A DNA stretch of 62,949 nucleotides, the filler included, from Kipferlia bialata (lineage: Eukaryota), in NCBI GenBank assembly GCA_003568945.1. It is 6 parts of 6 records of this genome, joined end to end, with 100 filler letters (N's around TTAATTAATTAA, not from the genome) between each part and the next. Parts side by side here need not be neighbours in the genome. Positions count along the whole stretch, not along the records: positions 11,475 to 22,843 come from BDIP01001248.1; positions 22,944 to 34,295 come from BDIP01001249.1; 4 more parts are not named here. The stretch is one strand, 5' to 3'. The notes under the pieces were generated by a model, which was not told where the DNA came from, searched no databases, and was given only the letters and a program-made list of their open reading frames with translations. Position numbers and translations under genes: made by a program. Shown one piece after another: positions 12,060 through 23,189 of the stretch; the first letter of the stretch is position 1; every line of letters starts with the position of its first letter.

Positions 12060-14475
12060 ATGTATATATATATATATACATATATACTTATCCATAGGTC
12101 TGCCCTCCTCTCTGTGCAGGGTGTCTCCAAGTGGGTCAAGAGTCACGGAGGTAGGAGTCTATCTAAGAGTATTTCTTACACTCAGATGCCGCCAAGGCAG
12201 GTGCCGCCTCTGCCGAGCCTGGTAGTACCTATCTCTCTCTCTCCCTTCCTCTTCTTTTATCTAGTGAGTCATGTGTTAAAGTCCTTTCTAACAATCAGAC
12301 GCCGCCAAGGCAGGTGCCGCCTCCTCTGAGGCAGGCAGTGCCGAGGAGGCCAGACTCACACGCATAGCAGAGGCATGTGCATGGGTCGCCACAGAGGTAT
12401 GGATTATAGTTAACTATATATTATATATATGGGTTAGGATATATATAGATATGAGTAGCAGAGGCATGTGCATGGGTCTCCACAGAGGTATGGATTGTAT
12501 ATTGAATACACATTATACATATATATAAGGCCAGACTCACACGCATAGCAGAGGCATGTGCATGGGTGGCCACAGAGGTATGATATTGAGTATTATACAC
12601 ATGTATATGTATATGTATGATTTGTATTCATTTTTAGTGCATGTACAGGTATACGCATTGCAGTGGCATGTGCATGGGTCGCCACAGAGGTTAGTTGATG
12701 TCAATATATATACACACACACATATATATATATACTATACATAGAGAGAGATATAGTACATATATAGATATGAGTTGCAGAGGCATGTGCATGGGTGGCA
12801 ACTGAGGTATGTTATGTGTCATTGTTATATATGATTTGTTCAGAGCTTTATCTCTCTCTCTCTTACCACTACTGACTATAGGTCCCCCGCACCTTCTTCG
12901 AGGCCATGCAGCTGTTCTGGCTGGTCTACCTGGCTGGCAGGATGGAGGGAGCCAACCTCGGATACAGCCCTGGGTATGTGTATATTAGTGTGTATATAGT
13001 ATATATTATATATATGTGTATATATGTGTGTATGTATCTGGCTGGCAGGATGGAGGGGGCCAACCTGGGTTACTCACCAGGGTATGTGCATATTATGTNN
13101 NNNNNNNNNNNNNNNNNNNNNNNNNNNNNNNNNNNNNNNNNNNNNNNNNNNNNNNNNNNNNNNNNNNNNAATATAGTGTATATATGTGTATATATATGGC
13201 AGGCAGGATGGAGGGGGCCAACCTCGGATACTCACCTGGGTACGCAGATCTACTATTGCTATATATATATAGGTGTTTGAATGCCTTACTCATCCCCAGC
13301 CGTTTCTGCGACTACATGCTGCCCTTCCTGTCCGATATATATATTAAAATATCTATATATTATAGACATATATATATAAATATCTGTATATGAGTATGTA
13401 TTCTTATGCCCCTAACCCCTAGACGCTTCTGCGACTACATGCTGCCCTTCCTGTCTGATATTGGATATGGATTATAAATATACATATGTATGTTTACATA
13501 TATATATATATATATGGGTGTGTGTATATATATGTATACTCTCTCTAGTGCATATACCCCTAACCCCTAGACGCTTCTGCGACTACATGCTGCCCTTCCT
13601 GTCCGATGAGGACAAGGACGAGGACGTGCTGCTGCTCCTCAGGGCACTCAGAGTGAAGGTATACAGTGGCCTCATCTACTGTAGCTAGATAGATATCTCG
13701 TACTTGCATACATACACATATATGATTGTGCTATAGTGTCCTCACCCCCAGATGACTGAGCTCGAGTACGTGGCCAGTTTCAGCTGGTCCGGTCTTGGAT
13801 CTGGGTGAGTGCTCTCTTTGCATATAGACTCATACATCATAGTGATGATACAAATATATATCCTACATACATCGATATTGTGCTCTCTATGTATGTAGGA
13901 TCCTCTGTCTTAGTATAGCCACACTGTCTAACCCACAGCAACAACTACCAGAACCTGATCATCTCTGGCCCCGATAGTAGACTGGCCAGACTCACAGTGC
14001 AGGCAGCCATAGACACACCCACCATCCAGGTAAGGATGTAGTGAACTCTATTGAACTCTATTGAATATCTATAATATACTTCAATTATTGTATACGTGTA
14101 TATACACTACCATTGTATGTACCAACCCCTAGCACACCCTGTCCATCTGGTACGAGAAGGACGCGTACCCTCATTCATATATATACTCTCTATCTACGTG
14201 TTCATAGTATATATATATAACTACTCCGTAGAGTATTCCCTCTTATATCTAGCCCACTCTGTCCATCTGGTACGAGAAGGACGCCTACTCCAAGGAGTTC
14301 CTGGACCTGGCCGTGGACTGTGTCAAGACAGGTAATGGTGCAAAGTAATTATATATACATGTATATGTATATATACATATATTATTTATCTATTATATGT
14401 ATATATATGCATAAACATTTTTGGAGTTCCTGGACCTGGACGTGGACTGTGTCAAGACAGGTGGGGATTGGCATA

Positions 14476-14524
<49 letters not shown>

Positions 14525-17500
14525 CCTTCTAACCCCTAGGCATTGGCTTCCCTGCCTGGTCCAACCTCCCCACCTACTATCTCTCTCTCTATCTCTTTCT
14601 CTCTCTCTCTTTCTCTCCATGTACATATACCTTCTTATGTCAGGCATTGGCTTCCCTGCCTGGTTCAACCTGCCCACCTACATCCAGCACGAATTGGAGG
14701 CATCCAAGAGACACGGGCTGGAGAAGGTCATTACTGAGGAGGTGATCAGAAAGAGAGCAGGTACATATGTGGATATGTATATATATATATTACTAGTATT
14801 CGGTATTTCTACGCAAACCTAATGACTTTGTATGCCTTGTCTATATATGCTTTCTCTCATACCAGCCATGGGTGGATGCACCGAGCCCACCCTGGGAGGC
14901 ATGAGCTATGGGGTGGTACAGGCAGGTAGGGTAGAAGATTAGTATTGTATTATATGTATGTGTACAGTATAACCTACACTGGGTGGCATGATGTATGGGG
15001 TGGTACAGGCAGGTAAGGGAGAGATTTATGATGTATTTCTAAGCGGGTTTTTTACTAAATATACTGTTACAGTCTCACATCCAGGCTTCATCAACCACCT
15101 GAAGCTGTTTGAGCTTGCCCTCTATGGTGACATCGACCCCAGGACAGGCAGGGTGTTCACAGAGGGGGTGGCTCTGCCCCAGACAGTCGAGGTACACATT
15201 GATATATAAGTATACATATAGTCATATTTGTAGATGTATATGTGTGTATACCAGGACAGGCAGGGTGTTCACAGAGGGGGTGGAGGTTCCACAGACTGTG
15301 GAGGTATCTCTTTCTCTCACACACACACATACGCACTGTATACTAATTTCCATTGATTGACATTGACCCAGGGCTGTCAAGGCCAGATACATCGCTGTCC
15401 CTCATATCTCGATCTCTCCATCTCTCTAATATATATATATATATATGTTTGTATATATATCTATGTATATATATATACCCCTCACCCTTAGGACGTCAAG
15501 GCCAGGTACCTGGCTGTCCTTGAGAAGACAGTGCACTGCTGGACACAGTACTGGAACCTGGTATGTATATGTATAGCTATAACATATATACTATATATAT
15601 ACTGTCTTACTGATATTTCTATGGATATACACTGTATATTGGAGAATGTCAGTGCACTGCTGGACATATTTTGTATACACACCTTATCACAGGTCATGGC
15701 TGCCCACAGACAGACCGTGCCCCTTGTGTTCACAAGTGCCATGATCCAGGTATATGACATAGTATTCATAGTATATATATAGTGTATATAGTGTATATGG
15801 TATACATGGTAATTGTTTAGACTGTGCCGATTGTGTTCACAAGTGCCATGATCCAGGTATTGTCTCAGCCTGATTGGTATATATACTAGTATAGTACCTT
15901 CCTATGTGTTGCATTAACCCCAGGACTGCATTGGCCGTGGCAAGAGCATCGATGACGGTGGAGTGGTCATTGGGCACTCTCCCACCACACTCTCAACAGG
16001 TATGTACATGCACCTACGATCTATTATATAAATTCTATTTGTTCTCATATATATACCTCACTCTTGGCATGGTCAATGTGGCACTCTCTCTCTCTTTCTT
16101 TCTCTCTCTCTCTATCTATCTATGTATATACCTCACTTAAGGCATGGTCAACGTTGCCAACTCCTTCGCTGCCCTTGAGTCTCTGTCTGCCGGGGGTGCA
16201 TCCATGGAGGAGATAAGGGCTGCCCTCAAGGTATTGAGTGACCGATACATATAGTAGTATACTATACACAGTAAATAGTGCATAACACCTAACCCCCAGG
16301 CCAACTTCGTTGATGGGGAGGATGGTGCTACCGACTACGAGAGACTCAGACGCGTGGGAGGTATGTATGGATAGGGTATACATGCGCCAAACTCTCAGTC
16401 AGTCTCTACGAGTTGCATATACTCACCCTCAGCCTCTACCCCCAAGTGCGGCATGACTAATATAAGAGTATATACATACTATGCTGTTATTACTATATGT
16501 GTCATGAAAATGATTAATACTCTATACATATTTCCAACCCCCAGCCGCTGCCCCCAAGTGGGGCAACGATGATGACAGGGTGGACACCTGGTTCACAGAC
16601 CTCTTCGACAAGTACTGCAAGGTGTGTATATATACATTATTATATTATATGTATGTATATATATATATATATATATGTGTATTCTACCCATACCATTGCT
16701 GTAGTACTCCTCTGTCTCTTCCTCGCTCTCATTGTTCTGACCCCAGGTCGTCAGGATGTCTCTCTTTACATGTATATGTGTATAACTATGTGCTATCTAC
16801 CATCTGTGGTTCTGGTCTTTCATTTATACATGAGGCACTTACCCCAGGTTGTTAGAAAGCAGACCAACTTCCTCGGAAAGCAGTACGACCCAAGGTATGG
16901 TATATATTACCCTATTTTACCATATTAAATAGTAAATAATGACTGAGTACCCCTTACCCCTGCATGCTGGCCATCTCCACCCACTAGTAACCTACCGTAA
17001 TATCATACCATATTAGCTGTCTTCTGTGTATATAGTTATTGTAGCATTATAGTACTCACCCCCAGCATGCTTGCCATCTCCACCCACGAGCCATTCGGCA
17101 GGGCATGCATTGCATCCCCAGACGGAAGGTACGCGTGTATCTCGGGGAATTTGGTATGCATCTCGTGACTCACCCCAGGCTTGCAGGCGAGACCCTGTGT
17201 GACGGTGTGACCTATATATTCATAGAGCCATATATATTAATATACAATGTGTTATGCAACAGTGTCTCTATACGAGTATATTCACCCCTAGGCTTGCTGG
17301 CGAGACCCTGTGTGACGGTGTGACGTCTCCCTCCAGAGGCACAGACACCCAGGGGCCGCTGGCTGTGCTGCACTCGGCTGGCAAGGTATGTGTATGCATA
17401 TATATATATATGTATACATATGTATGCAGATTACTATCTCCCACCCCCAGGTCGACCACACCCAGATCAGAGGAGGCCTCCACAACATGAGGTGGGGACA

Positions 17501-18444
17501 TCATATATATACAGTGTACATTCACTCTACCAATAGTGTCATTATTTGACCTCGTCACTCTGTATCATTGAAGAAGTGATTGTATATGTAGTATATCTGA
17601 TGCGTAGGTTCCACCCCTCTGCCATTGCCGGTGTCAGAGGCACCAATGCCTTTATAGTATCTCTATCTGATACGTATGTCTTATATATATACAGTATATA
17701 TATGTGTACCTTATGCGTAGGTTCCACCCCTCTGCCATTGCCGGTGTCAGGGGCACCAATGCCATGCTGTCTCTGATCGAGGGGTACTTTGCAAGTGGCA
17801 AGGGGTTCCAGGTGTGTATATTATGTGTGCAGTGCAACTATCCACGTAATCTATATTACTCTGTTCTCACCCCCCAGCTCCAGTTCAACGTCATCCTAGT
17901 TACTGGCCATTCACTCTTGATATAGTGTACTATACTGTATACTGTATGTGTATATACTATATATATATATATAGTATTCTCTATCCTCACTCCCAGCTCC
18001 AGTTCAACGTGATCCCCACCGAGATCCTCCTGGATGCACAGAAGCACCCCGAGATGCACAGGTAGTGTACTAAAGATAGACTGTATATACATATTAATAT
18101 ATATATGCTTGTGTGTGTCTATATTCATTTGTCTGTAGTTATATGGATACCCCGAAGCACCCAGGTTTGCAGTTGACGAATCCCTCTAACCCTCAAGAGA
18201 CCTTCTGATCCGTGTGTCTGGCTTCAGTGCATACTTTGTGGAGCTGTCCAGGGGCGTGCAGGACGAGGTATATAGTGTTAATACATGTGTATTCATTGTA
18301 TATATCTATATAACCTCAGGTCATTGCCCGTACCACCCATGGCAACATCTCGATCTATCTATCTATCAATCAATATATGTGTATAATATATATATATATC
18401 TTGTATGCATGTCTCACCCTCAGGTCATTGCCCGTACCACCCAT
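11781..18444 (+). other. GRE catalytic (PFL-like barrel + glycyl radical) portion of the fusion gene
   Basis: Cys loop GGCTEP and RVSGFSAYF followed by QDEVIART, where stand-alone GREs normally end. Confidence 0.92.
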
Positions 18445-21400
18445 GGCAACCTGGGCCAGGTCACACCCACGGGGGAGAGTGTGGCTCCTAAGGAGGTTGG
18501 TGTATCGTATATATACTATCCATATGAACTATATGGTAATATGAATGCATAGTATAGTATTTGGTATATTGGTGTATTGGTTGTAAGTATTCTAACAGTC
18601 AGGTCACCTCCGCCAAGGGTCTCAAGCCCCGCTTCCCCGGTGCCTCTCTCTCTCCCTCCGCGGGCGAGGCAGTGGTCTTCAACGTGCAGGACTTCTGCCT
18701 AGACGACGGACAGGGACTCAGATCCAATGGTGAGTACACGCTTATTATAACTACACACACGTATATATGAATTTACATATATCTACATATAGTGCAGGAC
18801 TTCTGTCTGGATGACGGACAGGGACTGAGGTCTAACGGTGAGTAGATGTATGATATGTCTATGTTGGTATATATATAGAGAGGATAGAGGAGGGGGAGGG
18901 GGGGTTGGGACTGAGGTCTAACGTTATGATGTGTTTCATATGCAGTATTAGCACAAAAGTACTTCTTTTCTAACCCATTCTTCTTCAAGGGCTGCCCCTT
19001 GCGGTCTATATATATTAGTGTGACTGTAATACATGTGTTTATGAGTCTAACTCATTTGCCTTGTATATGTCTAATAGTCAGTCTTCTTCAAGGGCTGCCC
19101 CCTGAGGTGTGGGTGGTGCGGCAACATCGAGGGAGTCAGGCTGAACCATGCAGACGTCATGGTGGACACGGACAAGTGCAGGTATTGCTATATATATATA
19201 GTGAGAGACTATTATACTATATACTATGGTATATGCGTATATGTATTATACTGATGCATGTATACCATGCCAATGTCTTGGTGGACACCGATAAGTGCAC
19301 CGATAAGTGCAGGTATATGCTGTGGTGTATGTGTCTATGTGTATTATAAGAGAGTCTCACCCTCAGCGGCTGCCACGGCTCCTGTGACTCTGTGACTGCC
19401 TGTACCCATGGGGATATCACCATGGAGGACGGCACTCCCTCAGTGCATTGCAAGGACATTGAGTGCCTCACCAAGGTATATATACACACACACAGTAGTA
19501 TATATATATATATATATAAACATATTTAACACTTAGGCCGCTGCCCAGTGCCACAAGGGCAACCTCAGGCTGTGCGGTCAGATCACCACCCTGCCTGCCC
19601 TCCTGGCCAAGCTGCTCAAGAACAAGCCATTCTACGGCACTAGGTACATATATACAACATATGTAATATACTATATATGTACTATATATAATACAGTACT
19701 ATACTTGTCCTGCTAGCCAGGCTACTGAAGAAAAAGCCATTCTACGGCACAAGCTACAGTATATATATGTATTGTGGTATGTATACTATTTACTATACAC
19801 ACTATTATACAATACCCTCCCTGAGAAGCTACTGAAGAACAAGCCGTTCTACGGCACAAGGTGGGATACGGTATTCATATATACACAATTCTATTCATTA
19901 TGTGAGTGTGTAGCTACAGAATTAGTCTAATATTCCAGAGGAGGTGTGACCCTCTCCGGTGGTGAGCCCCTTGCCCAGCCCTCTGCTGTCTGTATCGTGA
20001 CAGATGAGCTAGTCTCAGCCGGAGTGACTGTGTGCATAGAGACATGCGGACAGTGGGAGTGGACTAAGGAGATCGAGGTATGTATGTATATATACTCTAT
20101 AATACATGTGTAGTATGGGTCCCTGATGCATATACTCTTGCATATTCCTCTCAACCCCCCTCTGACCAGTGTATAGATATGAATAGTACCCCCCCCCATC
20201 TCTGACCCCCCAGGAGTGCCTGGGCAAGATGACAACCATCTTCTTCGACTGCAAGGTATGTACATGCTAGAATATATCCATACATATTCATAATATGTCT
20301 TTTCTCTTACATATGGATGTTTATGCCTATCTGTCGAGTATCTCACCCCAGGCCATCGACTCTGCCCTCCACAAGCAGGCCACTGGCAGGGGCAACGAGA
20401 CCATCCTGGCAAACCTCAAGGTATATTGATCCTTACTATCCTTGTCTCACGTGTATACTGGGTGCCCATGGTCACTTTACCAGGCCTAGTAAGTCCCTAA
20501 CCGTCAGAAGTGTGCCGAACTATGTGTATATATACTGTGAGATACACTCTTATGCTATGTAGTAGTGTGTATCTAACCATCAGAGGTGTGCCGAACTTTA
20601 AGTTATATATATATATATATACTCATATGCTATATGATTGTCCCTAACCCCCATAGATATACTCTGATACTATGTAATAGTGTATCTAACCATCAGAGGT
20701 GTGCCGAGCTCTTCCCCCAGACCCTGGTGGTGTCTGTCCCAGTCATCCCAGGTAGTGTATACTTTACGTAGACTATACTATGCATATATACATGCCTACA
20801 GTGATACCAGGTAGCATACATATGAATGCCTATATATATATATATATACGTATGTAGACACTATGTGTGTGTATCATATATATATGTATACTTTGAGACC
20901 CTGGTGGCGTCTGTCCCAATCATTCCAGGTATACAGGGCAAGCTATAAATACATATACTATATACATATACTATATACATATACTACACTATATGCACTA
21001 TGTACTGTTTTCTAAACCCAGGCCTCACCCTTGGCGAGGCCCCCGCCCTCTCCTCCACCCTGACTGGCTATGGGGTACAGAGGATGAGACTGCTGCCATT
21101 CCACAGCCTCGGAGACTCCAAGGTATTGGACTCTAACCAATCATATATGTCTCTCTATATACTAAGCATATTTCACTCTGTATGTGTTCTCTCTCTCACC
21201 CCCAGTGGGAGCAGCTGGGCGGTGCCGGTCCCTATGCCGGGTGCCACCTTGGGGCCCAGGAGTACGAGGGGGTGGAGGTGAGTATATACATTGTACAGTT
21301 GGATACAGTATATGTGTATAGCATATAATAGTACCTGTTGTGTAGTATATACTGGATGTCACCTTGGGGCACAGGAGTACGAGGGGGTGGAGGTATGGTG

Positions 21401-21538
21401 TATACTTATCCTATGGTGTGTATAGTCTGTAGTGTATGTGTTTATTGTCGCTTGTCTGTATACGCTCTCTCCCTCTCACCCCAGGCCGCCATGGCCCTGG
21501 GGGGTGTCAAGGTGTGCACACACGACGACCTCTGCTAA
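11781..21538 (+). CDS. Glycyl radical enzyme fused to a C-terminal GRE-activating radical SAM domain (5' partial, ~36 exons)
   Basis: Hand-spliced peptide includes PRTFFEAMQLFW, GYSPGRFCDYMLPF, QPTLSIWY, GIGFPAWFN, Cys loop MGGCTEP (Cys codon 14877), APKWGNDDDRVD, SPDGRLAGETLCDG, QLQFNV and glycyl loop LLIRVSGFSAYF (Gly codon 18220). It continues without a stop into VFNVQDFCLDDGQGLRSNVFFKGCPLRCGWC (CxxxCxxC, 19096-19119), a Cys-rich insert, GGVTLSGGEPLAQ, IETCG, FFDCK, PVIPG and LLPFH. Stop TAA at 21538. Confidence 0.92.
18603..21538 (+). other. GRE activating enzyme (radical SAM, long form with ferredoxin-like insert) portion of the fusion gene
   Basis: DGxGxR, FFKGCPLRCGWC, GGVTLSGGEP, ETCG and LLPFH motifs typical of the PflA/GRE-AE family. 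Confidence 0.92.
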
Positions 21539-22281
21539 GGGGAGAGAGAGAGTCACAAGGGTAGGCGTCACGTAGTGCTAAGCCTAGTACTTTGGTAGTG
21601 AGGACGTTATTGAGTGTGTGTGTGGGTTTGTATGTATGATGTGAGAAGAACAAGTGGGGGAGTGTGTGTTTGCACCTGGTGCTGTTCGGTCAGGTGGAGT
21701 TTGCGCCCTCTGCGTTAAACTGTTGTGTTGGAGAGGTGAATGAGAACAGAGAGAATAGATGCGTGTACGGAATATTCAAGTGTTAGTACCAGATAGTAAT
21801 TCTCAGATGTGTGGCAAATGGTGTCAGACTAGTTCAATTAGTCTAATAATGTATATACGTCCCCCACAAGTGATAGACACATAGAAATTTATACACTGGA
21901 TCCTCGTGGAAACAACAACACATACATGGAATGCACTAGAGTAGGTAACACCACACACAAGGTGCTACCACTAGCACCAACCCTCTCCTTCCACGCTGTA
22001 GCACCAGATGTGGTTAGACATACTCATGAGAGTACCAAATGGACTCTTCCACGTACCCGTAGACATCTCTCTCTCCCTCTCCCTCTCTCCCACGCACTAG
22101 GTGTAACGAATACCATGTCCACACCGAGACAGTGAGGGACATCACGAAAGCCTGATCTACCCAATGCATACAGTAGGGAATACCCAATACCTTCGCTTCT
22201 CTGCAAACCCTCTAATACAACGTGCCCTTCGTCATCAAGAGGAAGCACTCTCTCTCTCTCCCTCTCTCTCTCTCTCTCTCC

Positions 22282-22756
22282 CTATAGGAAGTACTCTGGC
22301 ACGGCCCGTCTGGACTGGGACCCTCTGGCATGGAGGGGGGCAGCCTCGAAGACAGTGAAGTTCCTGGTACATTAGTGTATATATATATATAAAGAGAGAG
22401 ATACACTCAAACCCACCTGTTTCTGAACTCGTCCAGCTCCAGGATGGCAGCCACGTTCTTGCACCTGAGGGTAAGTAAATAGCCATGTAACCAGTAGCAC
22501 ATATACAAAAACATGCGACTACATATATATAATACATTATATAATTAGACAATACCTGTAGCAGTAGTTGGGTGCACTCCACACTGCATACATATACTCA
22601 CTATGCTATCTATGTGTATGGTTGTGGGTGTATACCTGTAGCAGTAGTGTATATATATATATGTGTGTATACATTATATAGTATGGTAATACCTGTAGCA
22701 GTAGTTGGGTGCACTCCACACCGTGACCAGCTGGGAGTCAAACATGAACTGGTAGC
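22282..22756 (-). CDS. PPP4C: PP2A-family Ser/Thr phosphatase catalytic subunit, PP4-like (3' end only, three exons)
   Basis: Exons give [75 protein letters not shown] and terminal YFL mark PP2A/PP4/PP6; TVWSAPNY with [10 protein letters not shown] is closest to PP4. Confidence 0.88.
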
Positions 22757-22843
22757 CTGGGGTTAGAGTATGTATACATATACATATACATACACTGAGG
22801 GAGAGAGAAAGGGGGGGGGGGGGGGGGAAAGGACAAAGGGGAG

Positions 22844-22943
22844 NNNNNNNNNNNNNNNNNNNNNNNNNNNNNNNNNNNNNNNNNNNNTTAATTAATTAAN
22901 NNNNNNNNNNNNNNNNNNNNNNNNNNNNNNNNNNNNNNNNNNN
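22844..22943. other. Artificial contig-joining spacer
   Basis: N44-TTAATTAATTAA-N44. Confidence 0.97.
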
Positions 22944-23117
22944 GGAGACGTGTGGCTCTCTGCAGTGCAGAGAATTCACTTTACCCCTGCCCCCCCCCCC
23001 CTCTCCCCCCAACCACGAATTTTCAAACTACGCATATACTATTCTCTATGGGCTATTCCTATCCTATAACTCTCTTATAGACACTTCTCTCCCATCACCA
23101 ACAGCCCCTCTTATCCA

Positions 23118-23150
<33 letters not shown>

Positions 23151-23189
23151 AGTGAGTATATAGATGTATATGAATATATCTAACCTCAG

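Noticed and set aside
11781..21538. Bacterial contaminant origin of the GRE/activase
   Set aside because: It carries ~35 spliceosomal introns of the host style and shares a contig with a eukaryotic PP4-like gene.
22282..22300. Hexamitid-type genetic code (TAA/TAG = Gln)
   Set aside because: The PP4-like gene ends at the conserved YFL followed by TAG, and the conserved exons I read contain no in-frame TAA/TAG, so the standard code fits.
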